A DNA stretch of 64,000 nucleotides from contig CABUQZ010000001.1 in NCBI GenBank assembly GCA_902493795.1, positions 104,963 to 168,962 on the forward strand, read 5' to 3'. This document shows positions 38,802-48,199 of this stretch, piece after piece; the stretch's first letter is position 1, and the number at the start of each line of letters is the position of its first letter. The position numbers and the translations under genes were made by a program. Below the pieces are notes generated by a model. The model searched no databases. It worked only from the letters and a program-made list of their open reading frames with translations, and was not told the DNA's origin. The DNA is from an uncultured Clostridium sp. (GTDB taxonomy: Bacteria > Bacillota_I > Bacilli_A > RF39 > UBA660).

Positions 38802-39494
38802 TCAGTATATATTAGAGTTTTTATTAAAGCCACCAAAATAATAATTAGGAATAGTACCATTTACAAGACTCATAAATATAGGAATTTTATTTTCCACAAC
38901 AACTCTATCGGTTATGAAAGGCAAAGTTATCTGTTCACTAACTCTAATATTTATATAAATTGTAACCATTGCATTATTAATACCATATTCTTTTACTTCA
39001 CTTGAAATAAAAGACTCAAAATCACCATTTAAAGAAATTTTAACAGGCATTTTAGGTCCTAGATTAGAAAATAAATAATTATTAAATAAAAGTCCACTAG
39101 GTACTTCCAAAATAATCCCATCGTTATCATTTCTTTTATTAGTTAATATATTTGCATTTACTTTTATTTTCCTCATATCACCAGATTCAATCATAGAAAA
39201 CATATTGTATACCCTATCACCTATGGAATTAATTAAATCATTAATAACACCAGAGTCATAAATAATATTTTTTATTTCATTAGCATCATCCTTTACTATG
39301 TCATAAATATCACTAGCATAATAATTAACTTTTTCTCTAACATATGCATTATTTACTATATATTTTGTTATTTTATTGGCAATCATATAAGAATATTCAT
39401 ATACATAATCTCTTGTTCTATGATTTATATACATTATATTTAAAATAGTAAAAAACAAAATTAACAAATTTATGATTAAAAAACTTTTCTTCAA
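38802..39494 (-). CDS. Sporulation protein YunB-like
   Basis: N-terminal TM segment, about 230 aa. Its position next to the yutD-like gene mirrors the B. subtilis yutD...yunB order. Confidence 0.45.
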   Translation of the reverse strand: MKKSFLIINLLILFFTILNIMYINHRTRDYVYEYSYMIANKITKYIVNNAYVREKVNYYASDIYDIVKDDANEIKNIIYDSGVINDLINSIGDRVYNMFSMIESGDMRKIKVNANILTNKRNDNDGIILEVPSGLLFNNYLFSNLGPKMPVKISLNGDFESFISSEVKEYGINNAMVTIYINIRVSEQITLPFITDRVVVENKIPIFMSLVNGTIPNYYFGGFNKNSNIY

Positions 39495-39539
39495 ACTATC
39501 ACCACTAAAGTATATGAAAAAAAGCTATCTTTCGATAAC

Positions 39540-40382
39540 TTAATTAAACTTAATTCCTAAAGCTTGTAAAACAAAGTATGCCACGATAAGTACAACAATA
39601 AGTAACACAAGTACCAAAAATATTATTTTAGCAGGTTTACTTTTTATTTCATCGTAATCAACTATATTATCGTCAACTTCTTCCTCTTCATGAGTTTCAT
39701 TTCCTTCTACTAAATCATTTTTTGATAATTCTAATGACTTAGAGTAAAAAGAATCTGTATTGACTAAATCATCATTTGTCTTTTCATCGGCAATAGCATT
39801 TATCTGAGTCTGTGAAAGCTCGTTTTCAAGTTTTATATCAATAGTTGTTGCAAGTAGCTCACTTAAAAGTTCTTTTTCTTCTTCATCTTTAACGTCATCA
39901 ATCATTGTCTTAGATGTTATAGTATCGATAAGCTCTTTTAACTCTTCATTATCATCTTCAGTAAATCCTTTTTGATGAAGATATTTTTTATTAAGATTAT
40001 TTAATACATCGTATTCTTCATCTTTAATGCTTCTTTTTTCTTCTAGTTCATCTGCTTGTCTATTTTTTTTAGCCTCTGCTAATACTTTATTGATATCATA
40101 ATTTTTCTTTTTTTCTTCTTCCTGTGGTTTTTCTTCTTCTTTTTTTTCTTCAGGATCGATAAAATCTTTATAGTCTTTTACTCTTTGATACTCACTTCGT
40201 TTTAAATTACCCATATCAAGAGAAGACAAATTAATTTCATCATTTGTATCTATAGCAGTTATTTCTTCATAACCAATTTTGCTATTTACTTCTTCATATA
40301 ATAGTTTATTTTTCTTAACACGAGAGCTAACTGATTCATTTGATTCTTGAGAACTATTATATCTATCACTACGTCTTTCCAT
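39540..40382 (-). CDS. Hypothetical acidic protein with C-terminal TM anchor
   Basis: Long E/K/D-rich region and a terminal hydrophobic helix (IIFLVLVLLIVVLIVAYFVL). Confidence 0.5.
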   Translation of the reverse strand: MERRSDRYNSSQESNESVSSRVKKNKLLYEEVNSKIGYEEITAIDTNDEINLSSLDMGNLKRSEYQRVKDYKDFIDPEEKKEEEKPQEEEKKKNYDINKVLAEAKKNRQADELEEKRSIKDEEYDVLNNLNKKYLHQKGFTEDDNEELKELIDTITSKTMIDDVKDEEEKELLSELLATTIDIKLENELSQTQINAIADEKTNDDLVNTDSFYSKSLELSKNDLVEGNETHEEEEVDDNIVDYDEIKSKPAKIIFLVLVLLIVVLIVAYFVLQALGIKFN

Positions 40383-40525
40383 TTAGCATCAGCTCCTACA
40401 CCATCATTCTATCATAGACATATTATAAAACACAAATTAAATTGACACACCAAATGTAAAAAGATGTAAAAACATTTGTCAACTTCATAATTATATTATA
40501 TAATTTCTTTGAAAGGAAGTTTATT

Positions 40526-40717
40526 ATGAAAGTAAAAGTTAATAAAGATGCTTGCATGGGTTGTGGTGCTTGTACTGCTACTTGTCCAGAAGTATTTGAA
40601 TTTAATGATGAAGGATATGCAGTTGCTAAAGTTACTGAAGTACCTGAAGAACTAAAAGCTCAAGTAAATGATGCTAAAGATGGATGCCCAGTAGAAGCAA
40701 TCGAAGTAGAAGAATAA
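40526..40717 (+). CDS. Ferredoxin (single 4Fe-4S/3Fe-4S type)
   Basis: 'CMGCGACTATCPEVF' ... 'CPVEAI'. Confidence 0.85.
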   Translation: MKVKVNKDACMGCGACTATCPEVFEFNDEGYAVAKVTEVPEELKAQVNDAKDGCPVEAIEVEE

Positions 40718-40740
40718 TTAAAATAGTATTCAAACGAATA

Positions 40741-41076
40741 CTATTTATTTTTTTTATATTTATCTAATTCTCGACCATCTTTTAATAAAACTAGAAAATC
40801 ATCTTTAAATTCTACAACCATTCCCATTTTTATATTCTCAAAAGCTTTTCCATTAAATTCGAAATCATAAGATTCATTATTAATTGAAAGAAATAAAACA
40901 TTTTTGGATTTGTTAGATACCACTATCGTATTATCACTAGATTTATAAACTCCTGTATATAATTGATTTTTTGAAGAAGATAAAGATATATTATAATTTT
41001 CAAAAACGATATATGATCCTACTCCTATCAAAAAAAATCCAACCATAAAATACAAAGAACTAAGCATTTTATTCAT
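40741..41076 (-). CDS. Hypothetical membrane-anchored small protein
   Basis: N-terminal TM helix; abuts rluB. Confidence 0.4.
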   Translation of the reverse strand: MNKMLSSLYFMVGFFLIGVGSYIVFENYNISLSSSKNQLYTGVYKSSDNTIVVSNKSKNVLFLSINNESYDFEFNGKAFENIKMGMVVEFKDDFLVLLKDGRELDKYKKNK

Positions 41077-41078
41077 AA

Positions 41079-41798
41079 CTATTTATTATGTGCAAGAGAA
41101 TAAAGTGTTGTTACTTCTTTATGATTAAGTTTTCTATATTCTCCAGACTTTAATCCTTTCAAATCTAAAAATCCAATTCTTTCTCTTTTTAATTTTAGAA
41201 CATCGTGTCCAACAGCATTAAACATTTTCTTTACTTGATGATTTTTTCCTTCGTGTATTACTATCTCAACAATAGAAGTATCTGATTCTTTATCTATTTT
41301 TTTAACTTTTACATGAGCTCTTCTTGTTTTAACACCATCGATTATCACACCTGTTTTTAAACTCATCATTTCTTTAGGAGTTAATACTCCTTTTATTTTT
41401 GCTACATAACATTTATCAATTTCGTTTTTAGGATGCATAAGTAAATTTGCAAATTCCCCATCATTAGTAAGAATAATAGCACCAGTTGTATCATAATCTA
41501 GTCTTCCAACTGGATAAATTCTTTTTTCTTCATTTATTAAATCTACAACTGTTTTTCTTCCTTTATCATCACTAACTGAAGCAATAACCTCACGTGGTTT
41601 ATTAAGTAAATAATAAACTTTTTCTTCTTTTGAAATAATCATTCCATCTACTTCAATTTCATCACTAGGACTTACTTGTTTACCCATAGTAAGTATAACT
41701 TCACCATTTACTTTAACTTTTCCATTTAAAATAAGTTCTTCTGCTTTTCTTCTTGAAGTAACTCCACTATTAGCAATTACTTTTTGCAAACGTTCCAT
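41079..41798 (-). CDS. rluB: 23S rRNA pseudouridine synthase, RsuA/RluB family
   Basis: S4 domain 'RLQKVIANSGVTSRRKAEELILNGKVKVNG' and catalytic 'GRLDYDTTGAIILTNDG'. Confidence 0.85.
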   Translation of the reverse strand: MERLQKVIANSGVTSRRKAEELILNGKVKVNGEVILTMGKQVSPSDEIEVDGMIISKEEKVYYLLNKPREVIASVSDDKGRKTVVDLINEEKRIYPVGRLDYDTTGAIILTNDGEFANLLMHPKNEIDKCYVAKIKGVLTPKEMMSLKTGVIIDGVKTRRAHVKVKKIDKESDTSIVEIVIHEGKNHQVKKMFNAVGHDVLKLKRERIGFLDLKGLKSGEYRKLNHKEVTTLYSLAHNK

Positions 41799-41831
41799 AA
41801 AAATCACCTACAAGAATTATAACAAATATTA

Positions 41832-42908
41832 CTAAAAAAGAGAAACAAAAAAGTCGATTATATTGTCAAATAAGCTATTATTTTTTACTTTATCTTTTTT
41901 TGCATAAATATTTTCACTATAAACCTTTTCTCCATCAAAAGTAACATATATCTCGCCAACTTTTTGATTATTTTCATAATTTTCTAATTGATATAAATCA
42001 ATATGTCTTTCTATTTTATTAAACTCACCATCTTTTAATGGATAAGAAAAATTGTAATTAATATAAAGTTCATCATATATTTTGTTATCAAAATCAATAT
42101 TATCTTTATCTATTATCAATGTACTTTTATACTTTGAAAATGCATAATCAAAAAGTCGTTTTTGAGTATCATAGTGATTTCCATCATTTAAAGTAACTGC
42201 AATTAAATTTAAATTATCTTTGCTAGCAGTTGACACAAGTGTCTTACCAGCTCTAGGGGTATACCCTGTTTTTCCACCAGTTACATAAGAATTACTTAAC
42301 ATCTTATTTCTGTTATACCAGATATACGATTTTTTATTAGATGTTGTTTTCCATTTCTTTGTTCCAGATATTTCTACATACTCCATTAGAGTATTAGCAT
42401 ATTTTGTAAGTTTTGCCATATCGTATGCCGTTGAATAGTTTTCTGTTTCATCATCTAATCCATGAGGATTAGAAAACTTAGTGTTTGTCATTCCTAACAT
42501 TTTAGCTTTTTTATTCATAAGCTCTACAAACTTATCAATACTTCCACCAACATGCTTAGCAATTACAACAGCAGCATCATTTCCACTTCTTAAAATAAGA
42601 CCATATAGTAAATCTCTTAATGTCATCTCTTCTCCAACTTCAAGATAGATATTTGTCCCATACATAGAAAGGACTTCATCACCTACAACAACAACGTCAT
42701 CTAAAAATCCATTTTCTACTGCAACGACAAATGTCATAATTTTTGTAGTCGATGCAATAAGTAATTTTTCATTAATGTTTTTTTCGTATAATATTCTTCC
42801 ACTATCCATATCCATAACAATACTAGATCTACTAGTATCTACAAGTGAAAAAGTTTTACATGGATACAAAAGACAAACAATCATAATTAAAGATAAGACT
42901 TTTTTCAT
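41832..42908 (-). CDS. D-alanyl-D-alanine carboxypeptidase (S11, DacB/DacF-like)
   Basis: Signal peptide, 'ASTTKIMT' (SxxK), 'SGND' (SxN), 'KTGYT' (KTG). Confidence 0.85.
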   Translation of the reverse strand: MKKVLSLIMIVCLLYPCKTFSLVDTSRSSIVMDMDSGRILYEKNINEKLLIASTTKIMTFVVAVENGFLDDVVVVGDEVLSMYGTNIYLEVGEEMTLRDLLYGLILRSGNDAAVVIAKHVGGSIDKFVELMNKKAKMLGMTNTKFSNPHGLDDETENYSTAYDMAKLTKYANTLMEYVEISGTKKWKTTSNKKSYIWYNRNKMLSNSYVTGGKTGYTPRAGKTLVSTASKDNLNLIAVTLNDGNHYDTQKRLFDYAFSKYKSTLIIDKDNIDFDNKIYDELYINYNFSYPLKDGEFNKIERHIDLYQLENYENNQKVGEIYVTFDGEKVYSENIYAKKDKVKNNSLFDNIIDFFVSLF

Positions 42909-43114
42909 AATATCACCTATAAAAATAGTATGATTAAATATTTAAATTATTTATATATTTATTTTAAAATAAAGTTTTATAGAATTTAAAAAAGTATTAG
43001 TAACAATTAAATACGTTAACTAATACCTAATAATATAATTACAGATTAATTTTTATTCTACATACTCGCATTCATACGTTTTTAGTGAACACTTTAATGA
43101 ACGATCAATATGTT

Positions 43115-43624
43115 CTAAAAAAACTTCCCCTGATATATATATATATACCCATCGCGTACGTCATCTATTAATTCAAAAATAAATTGACTATTTGGAAGTA
43201 ATAATTTCAATTCTCTTTTATCTATTTTTTCCTTATCAAACTTATATTCATTAATTACTCCATGTTCCAAAACATATAATTTATTTTCATAAAATTTTAC
43301 TATTTTTTCTTTTGAGCTTAGATTGTATATTTCATCTAATAATATATAATCATCTTTTGCTATTTGATAAAACAAGCCATCCACATGATTTTTATTTTCA
43401 TTAGGAGCAAAATCAGCGATTGCATAAATATCTTCTACATTATTTTTTTCATCATATATTTTATAAATTACAAGATCTCGATCATTTAGATTATAATGTT
43501 CATAATTATCAAATGATTTTTTTATATTTTCTACACCCAACGAACATCCACAAAGAATTAAAGTAGTAAAAAGTAAAAGCATTATTGAATTCATCAATTT
43601 TCTTTTATCTGTTTTAATAATCAA
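43115..43624 (-). CDS. Lipoprotein, paralog A1 (3' end frameshifted relative to paralog A2)
   Basis: Lipobox 'LILCGCS'. The N-terminal half is near-identical to the 45290..45871 product. TTG start after AGGAGG. An out-of-frame C-terminal remnant lies at 43053-43114. Confidence 0.55.
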   Translation of the reverse strand: MIIKTDKRKLMNSIMLLLFTTLILCGCSLGVENIKKSFDNYEHYNLNDRDLVIYKIYDEKNNVEDIYAIADFAPNENKNHVDGLFYQIAKDDYILLDEIYNLSSKEKIVKFYENKLYVLEHGVINEYKFDKEKIDKRELKLLLPNSQFIFELIDDVRDGYIYIYQGKFF

Positions 43625-43770
43625 ACACCTCCTAAAACATAACACATACATTATGTCGCAATTAAATTAACAAGTTAAATGACAACATCATTTCAATTAC
43701 TAAAATAAATTTTTAGAATAATAATAAATATAATAATAATTTCACATCAAAATAGTAGAATATCATTTTT

Positions 43771-44322
43771 TTAGTTTTCGATATAGTTAAATTTTAAATT
43801 TTCAGTCTTGCAAGTTTCATCAGAATAACAATATGTTATTTCAAACTTAATAGCATCTTTAAAATTATCTTTGGTTGTTAGATCAAAAGCATCAAATTCT
43901 CCATAACCATCTTCTGGATATATTCCACTTTCTTCTACATGAAAACTTTTTATTCTCTCCTCAAAACTATTTCTTTTCAAAGTATCCATTTCAGGAGAAA
44001 ACATTGAATCATCATTAAATTTTAAATCAATTTTATACTTAATTATGTCATCTTCATTATCTATTTTTTTAATCATTTTTAAGTTACTAAATAACATATA
44101 TCTTTCGTTATTATCTCCATAATAAACTTTCCCTGTTTGAAGTGCAAAATGTTCAGAAACACCTGTAAATTTATATGTAATTTCATCTGGCGTAAGTAGT
44201 GATATCTCATCGATAAATCGAATATCTACATCTTGGTCATCTTGTTCATTTTCCTCATTGCTACACCCTGTAATTGTAAAGAAGCTTACAAACAAAAGTA
44301 ATATTAACAGCGTTTTTCTCAT
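43771..44322 (-). CDS. Lipoprotein, unknown function
   Basis: 'LLFVSFFTITGCS' lipobox. ATG at 44322 after an AAGAGGAA RBS. Confidence 0.5.
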   Translation of the reverse strand: MRKTLLILLLFVSFFTITGCSNEENEQDDQDVDIRFIDEISLLTPDEITYKFTGVSEHFALQTGKVYYGDNNERYMLFSNLKMIKKIDNEDDIIKYKIDLKFNDDSMFSPEMDTLKRNSFEERIKSFHVEESGIYPEDGYGEFDAFDLTTKDNFKDAIKFEITYCYSDETCKTENLKFNYIEN

Positions 44323-44551
44323 ATAAATTCCTCTTTTCAATCTTTTAACCATTATAAACAATTTATTTCAACAAAATAATTATAATTTTTTTATAATATA
44401 TCATAAAATAAATTAATATTCATTTATTATAATATTATCTCATACAAAATTAAAACTTAACTATAATAATTTATAAAAGATAATAAAGTATTGATAAGTT
44501 TTTAGTATTTTAAAAATTATAATCTAAAAGAAATCTCTCTCTTTAATAAAA

Positions 44552-45121
44552 TTAGTAAATAAATTTAGATGGAACTTCTTCTTTATTAATCAAATAGACA
44601 TTTGTAAATTCTAAATCAACTTTTTTAAAAGTGATTTTATTATCAAGAATATGTTTATAATAAACAAATCCATCTTCTGCTCCTAAATATTCAATTTTTG
44701 CTTTCCTATCATCTAAAAGAATATTTGAATTAAGACGCTTATTATTGCCAGTCTTTAAGTCAAAAGATTCTGAACATAATCCAAAAAGATATAATGTAGA
44801 ATCTGTCCAAACAATCTTTTTTCCTTCTACACATTGTGTAAAGACACCATCTAAAGAAAAAACTTTTTCATAATCTTCGTGATTTGTATTTTTGAACACA
44901 GCATAGGTAGTTAATTCACCATTCTCATCAACAGCTAGAGCATATTCATTATAAACAGATACTTTTTCAAGGTTTCTATAAAGTCTTATATCCCTATAAT
45001 CATTTTCACCAGCTAAATTAGATATTATTTTAACTCCAAATATCATACAAACTAATATTAAAATTATAAGTGCAACTAATAAACCATAAATAATTAAATA
45101 TTTTATTTTAATCTTTTTCAT
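44552..45121 (-). CDS. Membrane-anchored hypothetical protein
   Basis: N-terminal TM helix followed by a beta-rich extracytoplasmic domain. Confidence 0.45.
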   Translation of the reverse strand: MKKIKIKYLIIYGLLVALIILILVCMIFGVKIISNLAGENDYRDIRLYRNLEKVSVYNEYALAVDENGELTTYAVFKNTNHEDYEKVFSLDGVFTQCVEGKKIVWTDSTLYLFGLCSESFDLKTGNNKRLNSNILLDDRKAKIEYLGAEDGFVYYKHILDNKITFKKVDLEFTNVYLINKEEVPSKFIY

Positions 45122-45289
45122 AAAAACCTTCCAATTTTTTCAAAAATTCAAATCCATACACTTTTTTGCTCAAATCAAGCCAATATAGAATATGAAAAAC
45201 TTTGTTAATATTAAATGCTTCATTTTTTCCATAATAAGATATAAGTTACATTAAATATCCTATCTAATGCTTTAATATATCGTATTATC

Positions 45290-45871
45290 TTATATCAATT
45301 TATTATTGTTTAATTTTTTCTCTGCATACTCACATTTATACGTCTTCCTAGAACACTTTAATATATAGGAATTATGTTCTCCAAACACTTCATGAGCTAA
45401 TAAATACATATACTCATCATTAATACTATTTATAGAAGAATAGTATAAATCTTCATCTGGAAATGAGAATTTAAATTCTTTTTTATCTATTTTTTCTTTG
45501 TTAAATTTATATTCGCAAACTCCTGATACGTTATTTTCACAAGTATGTGTATAAAATTTTCCTTCGAAAAATATTCCTACTTCATCGGAAAGCGGAGATG
45601 AACCACCTAGTATCTCCAATAAAATATAATCATCTTTTGCAATTTGATAAAACAATCCATTAGTAGAATACTTATCAGACTTTGGAGTAAAATAGGCAAT
45701 AACATAAATATCTTCTACACTATTTTTTTCATCATATACTTTATTAATAATAAGAGCTCGATCATTTAAATTATAATGTTCATAATTATCAAATGATTTT
45801 TTTGTATTTTCTACACCTAACGAGCATCCACAAAGAATAAGAGAAATAAAAATTAAAAATATTTTTTTCAT
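45290..45871 (-). CDS. Lipoprotein, paralog A2
   Basis: 'LILCGCSLGVENTKKSFDNYEHYNLNDR...' parallels A1. AGGAGG RBS. Confidence 0.55.
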   Translation of the reverse strand: MKKIFLIFISLILCGCSLGVENTKKSFDNYEHYNLNDRALIINKVYDEKNSVEDIYVIAYFTPKSDKYSTNGLFYQIAKDDYILLEILGGSSPLSDEVGIFFEGKFYTHTCENNVSGVCEYKFNKEKIDKKEFKFSFPDEDLYYSSINSINDEYMYLLAHEVFGEHNSYILKCSRKTYKCEYAEKKLNNNKLI

Positions 45872-45944
45872 AAAAGCCTCCTAAAAAATACTTGTATTAA
45901 TATTAGATAATACAAAATAAATATATTTGTTATATGTCAAAAAC

Positions 45945-45987
45945 TTAACAACCTAAATAGTCCCATAAGGTGACCAAAAAAGTCACA
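45945..45987 (-). repeat. 43-nt conserved element, copy 1
   Basis: Plus strand TTAACAACCTAAATAGTCCCATAAGGTGACCAAAAAAGTCACA. It is 41/43 identical to copy 2 and contains a GTGAC/GTCAC hairpin. Confidence 0.6.
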
Positions 45988-46812
45988 TCAAAAGAATGTA
46001 TCATTTGAGTATGTTTTATCTACAACAAGAGGTACCACAATTTCACCATATCTACCATCATTTTCTTTATAAGAAATTATTAAATATAAATTTTCTAAAT
46101 CTATTTTTTGAAACGCATCACTAAACTCTTCGTTATATTCTTCAACAGCAAGTATTGTTTTGCTGGACAACACATAATCAAAAGGAAGACATTTATTATC
46201 ACTATTCCCATTAGAATTGGAATTATCAAATCCTACACTATACAAAATTGTTTTTCCATTATATATAGTAACATCAAGAGCAGTAACACATAGCTCCTTA
46301 TCAGTACCAATGAATTCATCAAAATAAGCAATATTAGTGATAGCGACAAAAGTATTATTTCTATTATAAACTACATACCCATCCAAACCAACATTATCTA
46401 AAGTACTCTTAATAGAATACACTTTAAATTTATTATAATTATTTACTAAAAACAAAGAAGAGAAAATTAAATAAAATAGCAAAAGTATAATTCCAAAAAT
46501 AAAAATTATTTTTCTTTTTGACTTTTTATTATAATATTGCAATCCTTCAATTGCTTTTTTATTATTTTCAAGCAATTCATCATTGCTTTGTTTTGTGTGA
46601 TCTATTTTTTCACCTGTTAATAATTCTTGTATATCTAATTCTAATATTTCACTCAACTCTAAAAGTAAAGAAATATCAGGTGCATTTACTCCACGTTCCC
46701 ACTTTGAAACAGTTTTTTCATTGACTCCCAACAATTCTGAAAGTTTATTTTGAGTTAATCCTTTATCTTTTCTAGATGAAGCAATAATCCTACCAACTTT
46801 TTTTAAATCCAT
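45988..46812 (-). CDS. Membrane-bound XRE-family HTH regulator with extracytoplasmic domain
   Basis: 'LTQNKLSELLGVNEKTVSKWERGVNAPDISLLLELSEILELDIQELL', a central TM helix, and a C-terminal domain of about 150 aa. Confidence 0.7.
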   Translation of the reverse strand: MDLKKVGRIIASSRKDKGLTQNKLSELLGVNEKTVSKWERGVNAPDISLLLELSEILELDIQELLTGEKIDHTKQSNDELLENNKKAIEGLQYYNKKSKRKIIFIFGIILLLFYLIFSSLFLVNNYNKFKVYSIKSTLDNVGLDGYVVYNRNNTFVAITNIAYFDEFIGTDKELCVTALDVTIYNGKTILYSVGFDNSNSNGNSDNKCLPFDYVLSSKTILAVEEYNEEFSDAFQKIDLENLYLIISYKENDGRYGEIVVPLVVDKTYSNDTFF

Positions 46813-46877
46813 ACTCTACCTCTTAATTCTAAATATATTATATATTACATTTATAATATAAATATTAATTTTTATAG

Positions 46878-47651
46878 TTAATTACAAAATTCATTATCAA
46901 AATTAACATCATTTGGCTCAAGATAAATATCACCTTTATTTTTTGAATTACATCTTATCAAAGAAAAATCTTTTGTTTTATAAAGAGTATAATCTGATTT
47001 ATCATTTTCAACTCTTAAAATTTCTCCTTTTTCTACTTGATAATCAAGAAGAGAAATAACATCATCAACTGTTATCCATTTATGTTTTAATATAGAATGA
47101 AAATCTATCATTTTTCCTTTTCCATTTTTAAATAGCAGTCTTCCATTAGTTAAATCATAGTATATGGTATGAGTAACATTATTGTTATCATTATAATATA
47201 ATTCATATGGTTTTGTAGAACCTGATGAATATCTTAAAAAAGAATAATTTGTTTTTAAAGGATCAGTAACTTTATTACAATAATTATTATTGTATTTTCC
47301 AGAATAGTATTTTATATAAATATTATTAAATAAAAATCCCTTTTTAATATCATAACTTACAATAGTGACATCATTTTCTGTGTCATAATAATATTCATCA
47401 TTTCTACATAAATATCTTTCGTAATCTGCTTTAATTATAGAAACATCTATCTTTGTAGAAAAGATACTTTTTAACGTCTTAAACATTAACATACTATCAT
47501 ATTCTTTATAAAAGAAAGAAAAAGAAGGAATCTTAATTTTTATATTATCATTATAGCTGTACATCACACTACCATAAAAGAAAAATTTAATTAAAATAAC
47601 AAACAATAAAACGATAATAACAAAAGTCACAATTATATATTTTCTTTTCAT
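46878..47651 (-). CDS. Membrane-anchored hypothetical protein
   Basis: N-terminal TM helix followed by a Y/N-rich extracytoplasmic domain. Confidence 0.45.
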   Translation of the reverse strand: MKRKYIIVTFVIIVLLFVILIKFFFYGSVMYSYNDNIKIKIPSFSFFYKEYDSMLMFKTLKSIFSTKIDVSIIKADYERYLCRNDEYYYDTENDVTIVSYDIKKGFLFNNIYIKYYSGKYNNNYCNKVTDPLKTNYSFLRYSSGSTKPYELYYNDNNNVTHTIYYDLTNGRLLFKNGKGKMIDFHSILKHKWITVDDVISLLDYQVEKGEILRVENDKSDYTLYKTKDFSLIRCNSKNKGDIYLEPNDVNFDNEFCN

Positions 47652-47721
47652 TTAGACCTCCAAAATTTTTTTACAAAAATAAGATAGTACAAAATAAATT
47701 TATAACTAATTTATAAAAAAG

Positions 47722-47764
47722 TTAACAACCTAAATAGTCCCTTCAGGTGACCAAAAAAGTCACA
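47722..47764 (-). repeat. 43-nt conserved element, copy 2
   Basis: Plus strand TTAACAACCTAAATAGTCCCTTCAGGTGACCAAAAAAGTCACA. It lies between the terminator of the upstream gene and the 46878..47651 gene. Confidence 0.6.
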
Positions 47765-47775
47765 AAAAAATAATC

Positions 47776-47800
47776 AAAAAAAAGAGGACTAAATCCCCTT
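47776..47800 (-). terminator. Rho-independent terminator
   Basis: Minus strand: AAGGGGA-tttag-TCCTCTT (one G-U pair) followed by T8. It overlaps the stop codon of 47799..48185. Confidence 0.6.
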
Positions 47801-48185
47801 ATCTTACTCTTTTCTTACCGTTTGCTATTGTTGCATTATTTACACAAGCTTTTACTAGACGATATCCACCATATAGTACTGCACCACACGCTGCCCCTAT
47901 TCCTAGTACAGTAGGTCCAGATATAACATCTACTGGTTTAGATGCAAAACCTAATATTCCAGCAATAGACTCAAAAGCATTTTGTGATTTTGCACCTGTA
48001 ATATAACCACCAACTGTAGGTATCAAATTAGGAAAAGCTGTATTAACCATTCCAGCAACTCCAGCACCAATTGAAGCACCCTTTGTAATAATACCAACAG
48101 GCTTTCTGATAAGTTTTGCATTTGCAATGTCTCTATTCTTAGCTGAATTAGAAATTTTTAAAGATTTTACAACTTCATTATTCAT
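47799..48185 (-). CDS. Glycine/alanine-rich small membrane protein (glycine-zipper-like), unknown function
   Basis: Repeated small-xxx-small motifs (GASIGAGVAGMV, GGYITGA, IAGILGFA, LGIGAACGAVLYGG) and a basic C-terminal tail. Confidence 0.5.
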   Translation of the reverse strand: MNNEVVKSLKISNSAKNRDIANAKLIRKPVGIITKGASIGAGVAGMVNTAFPNLIPTVGGYITGAKSQNAFESIAGILGFASKPVDVISGPTVLGIGAACGAVLYGGYRLVKACVNNATIANGKKRVR

Positions 48186-48199
48186 AAATTTTTCCCCCT

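Noticed and set aside
45122-45253. 44-codon open frame on the minus strand (…NKVFHILYWLDLSKKVYGFEFLKKLEGFYEKD*) resembling a PadR-type winged-helix fragment
   Set aside because: It has no canonical start codon or RBS, it overlaps the start of 44552..45121, and the similarity is only an impression. At most it is a decayed remnant.
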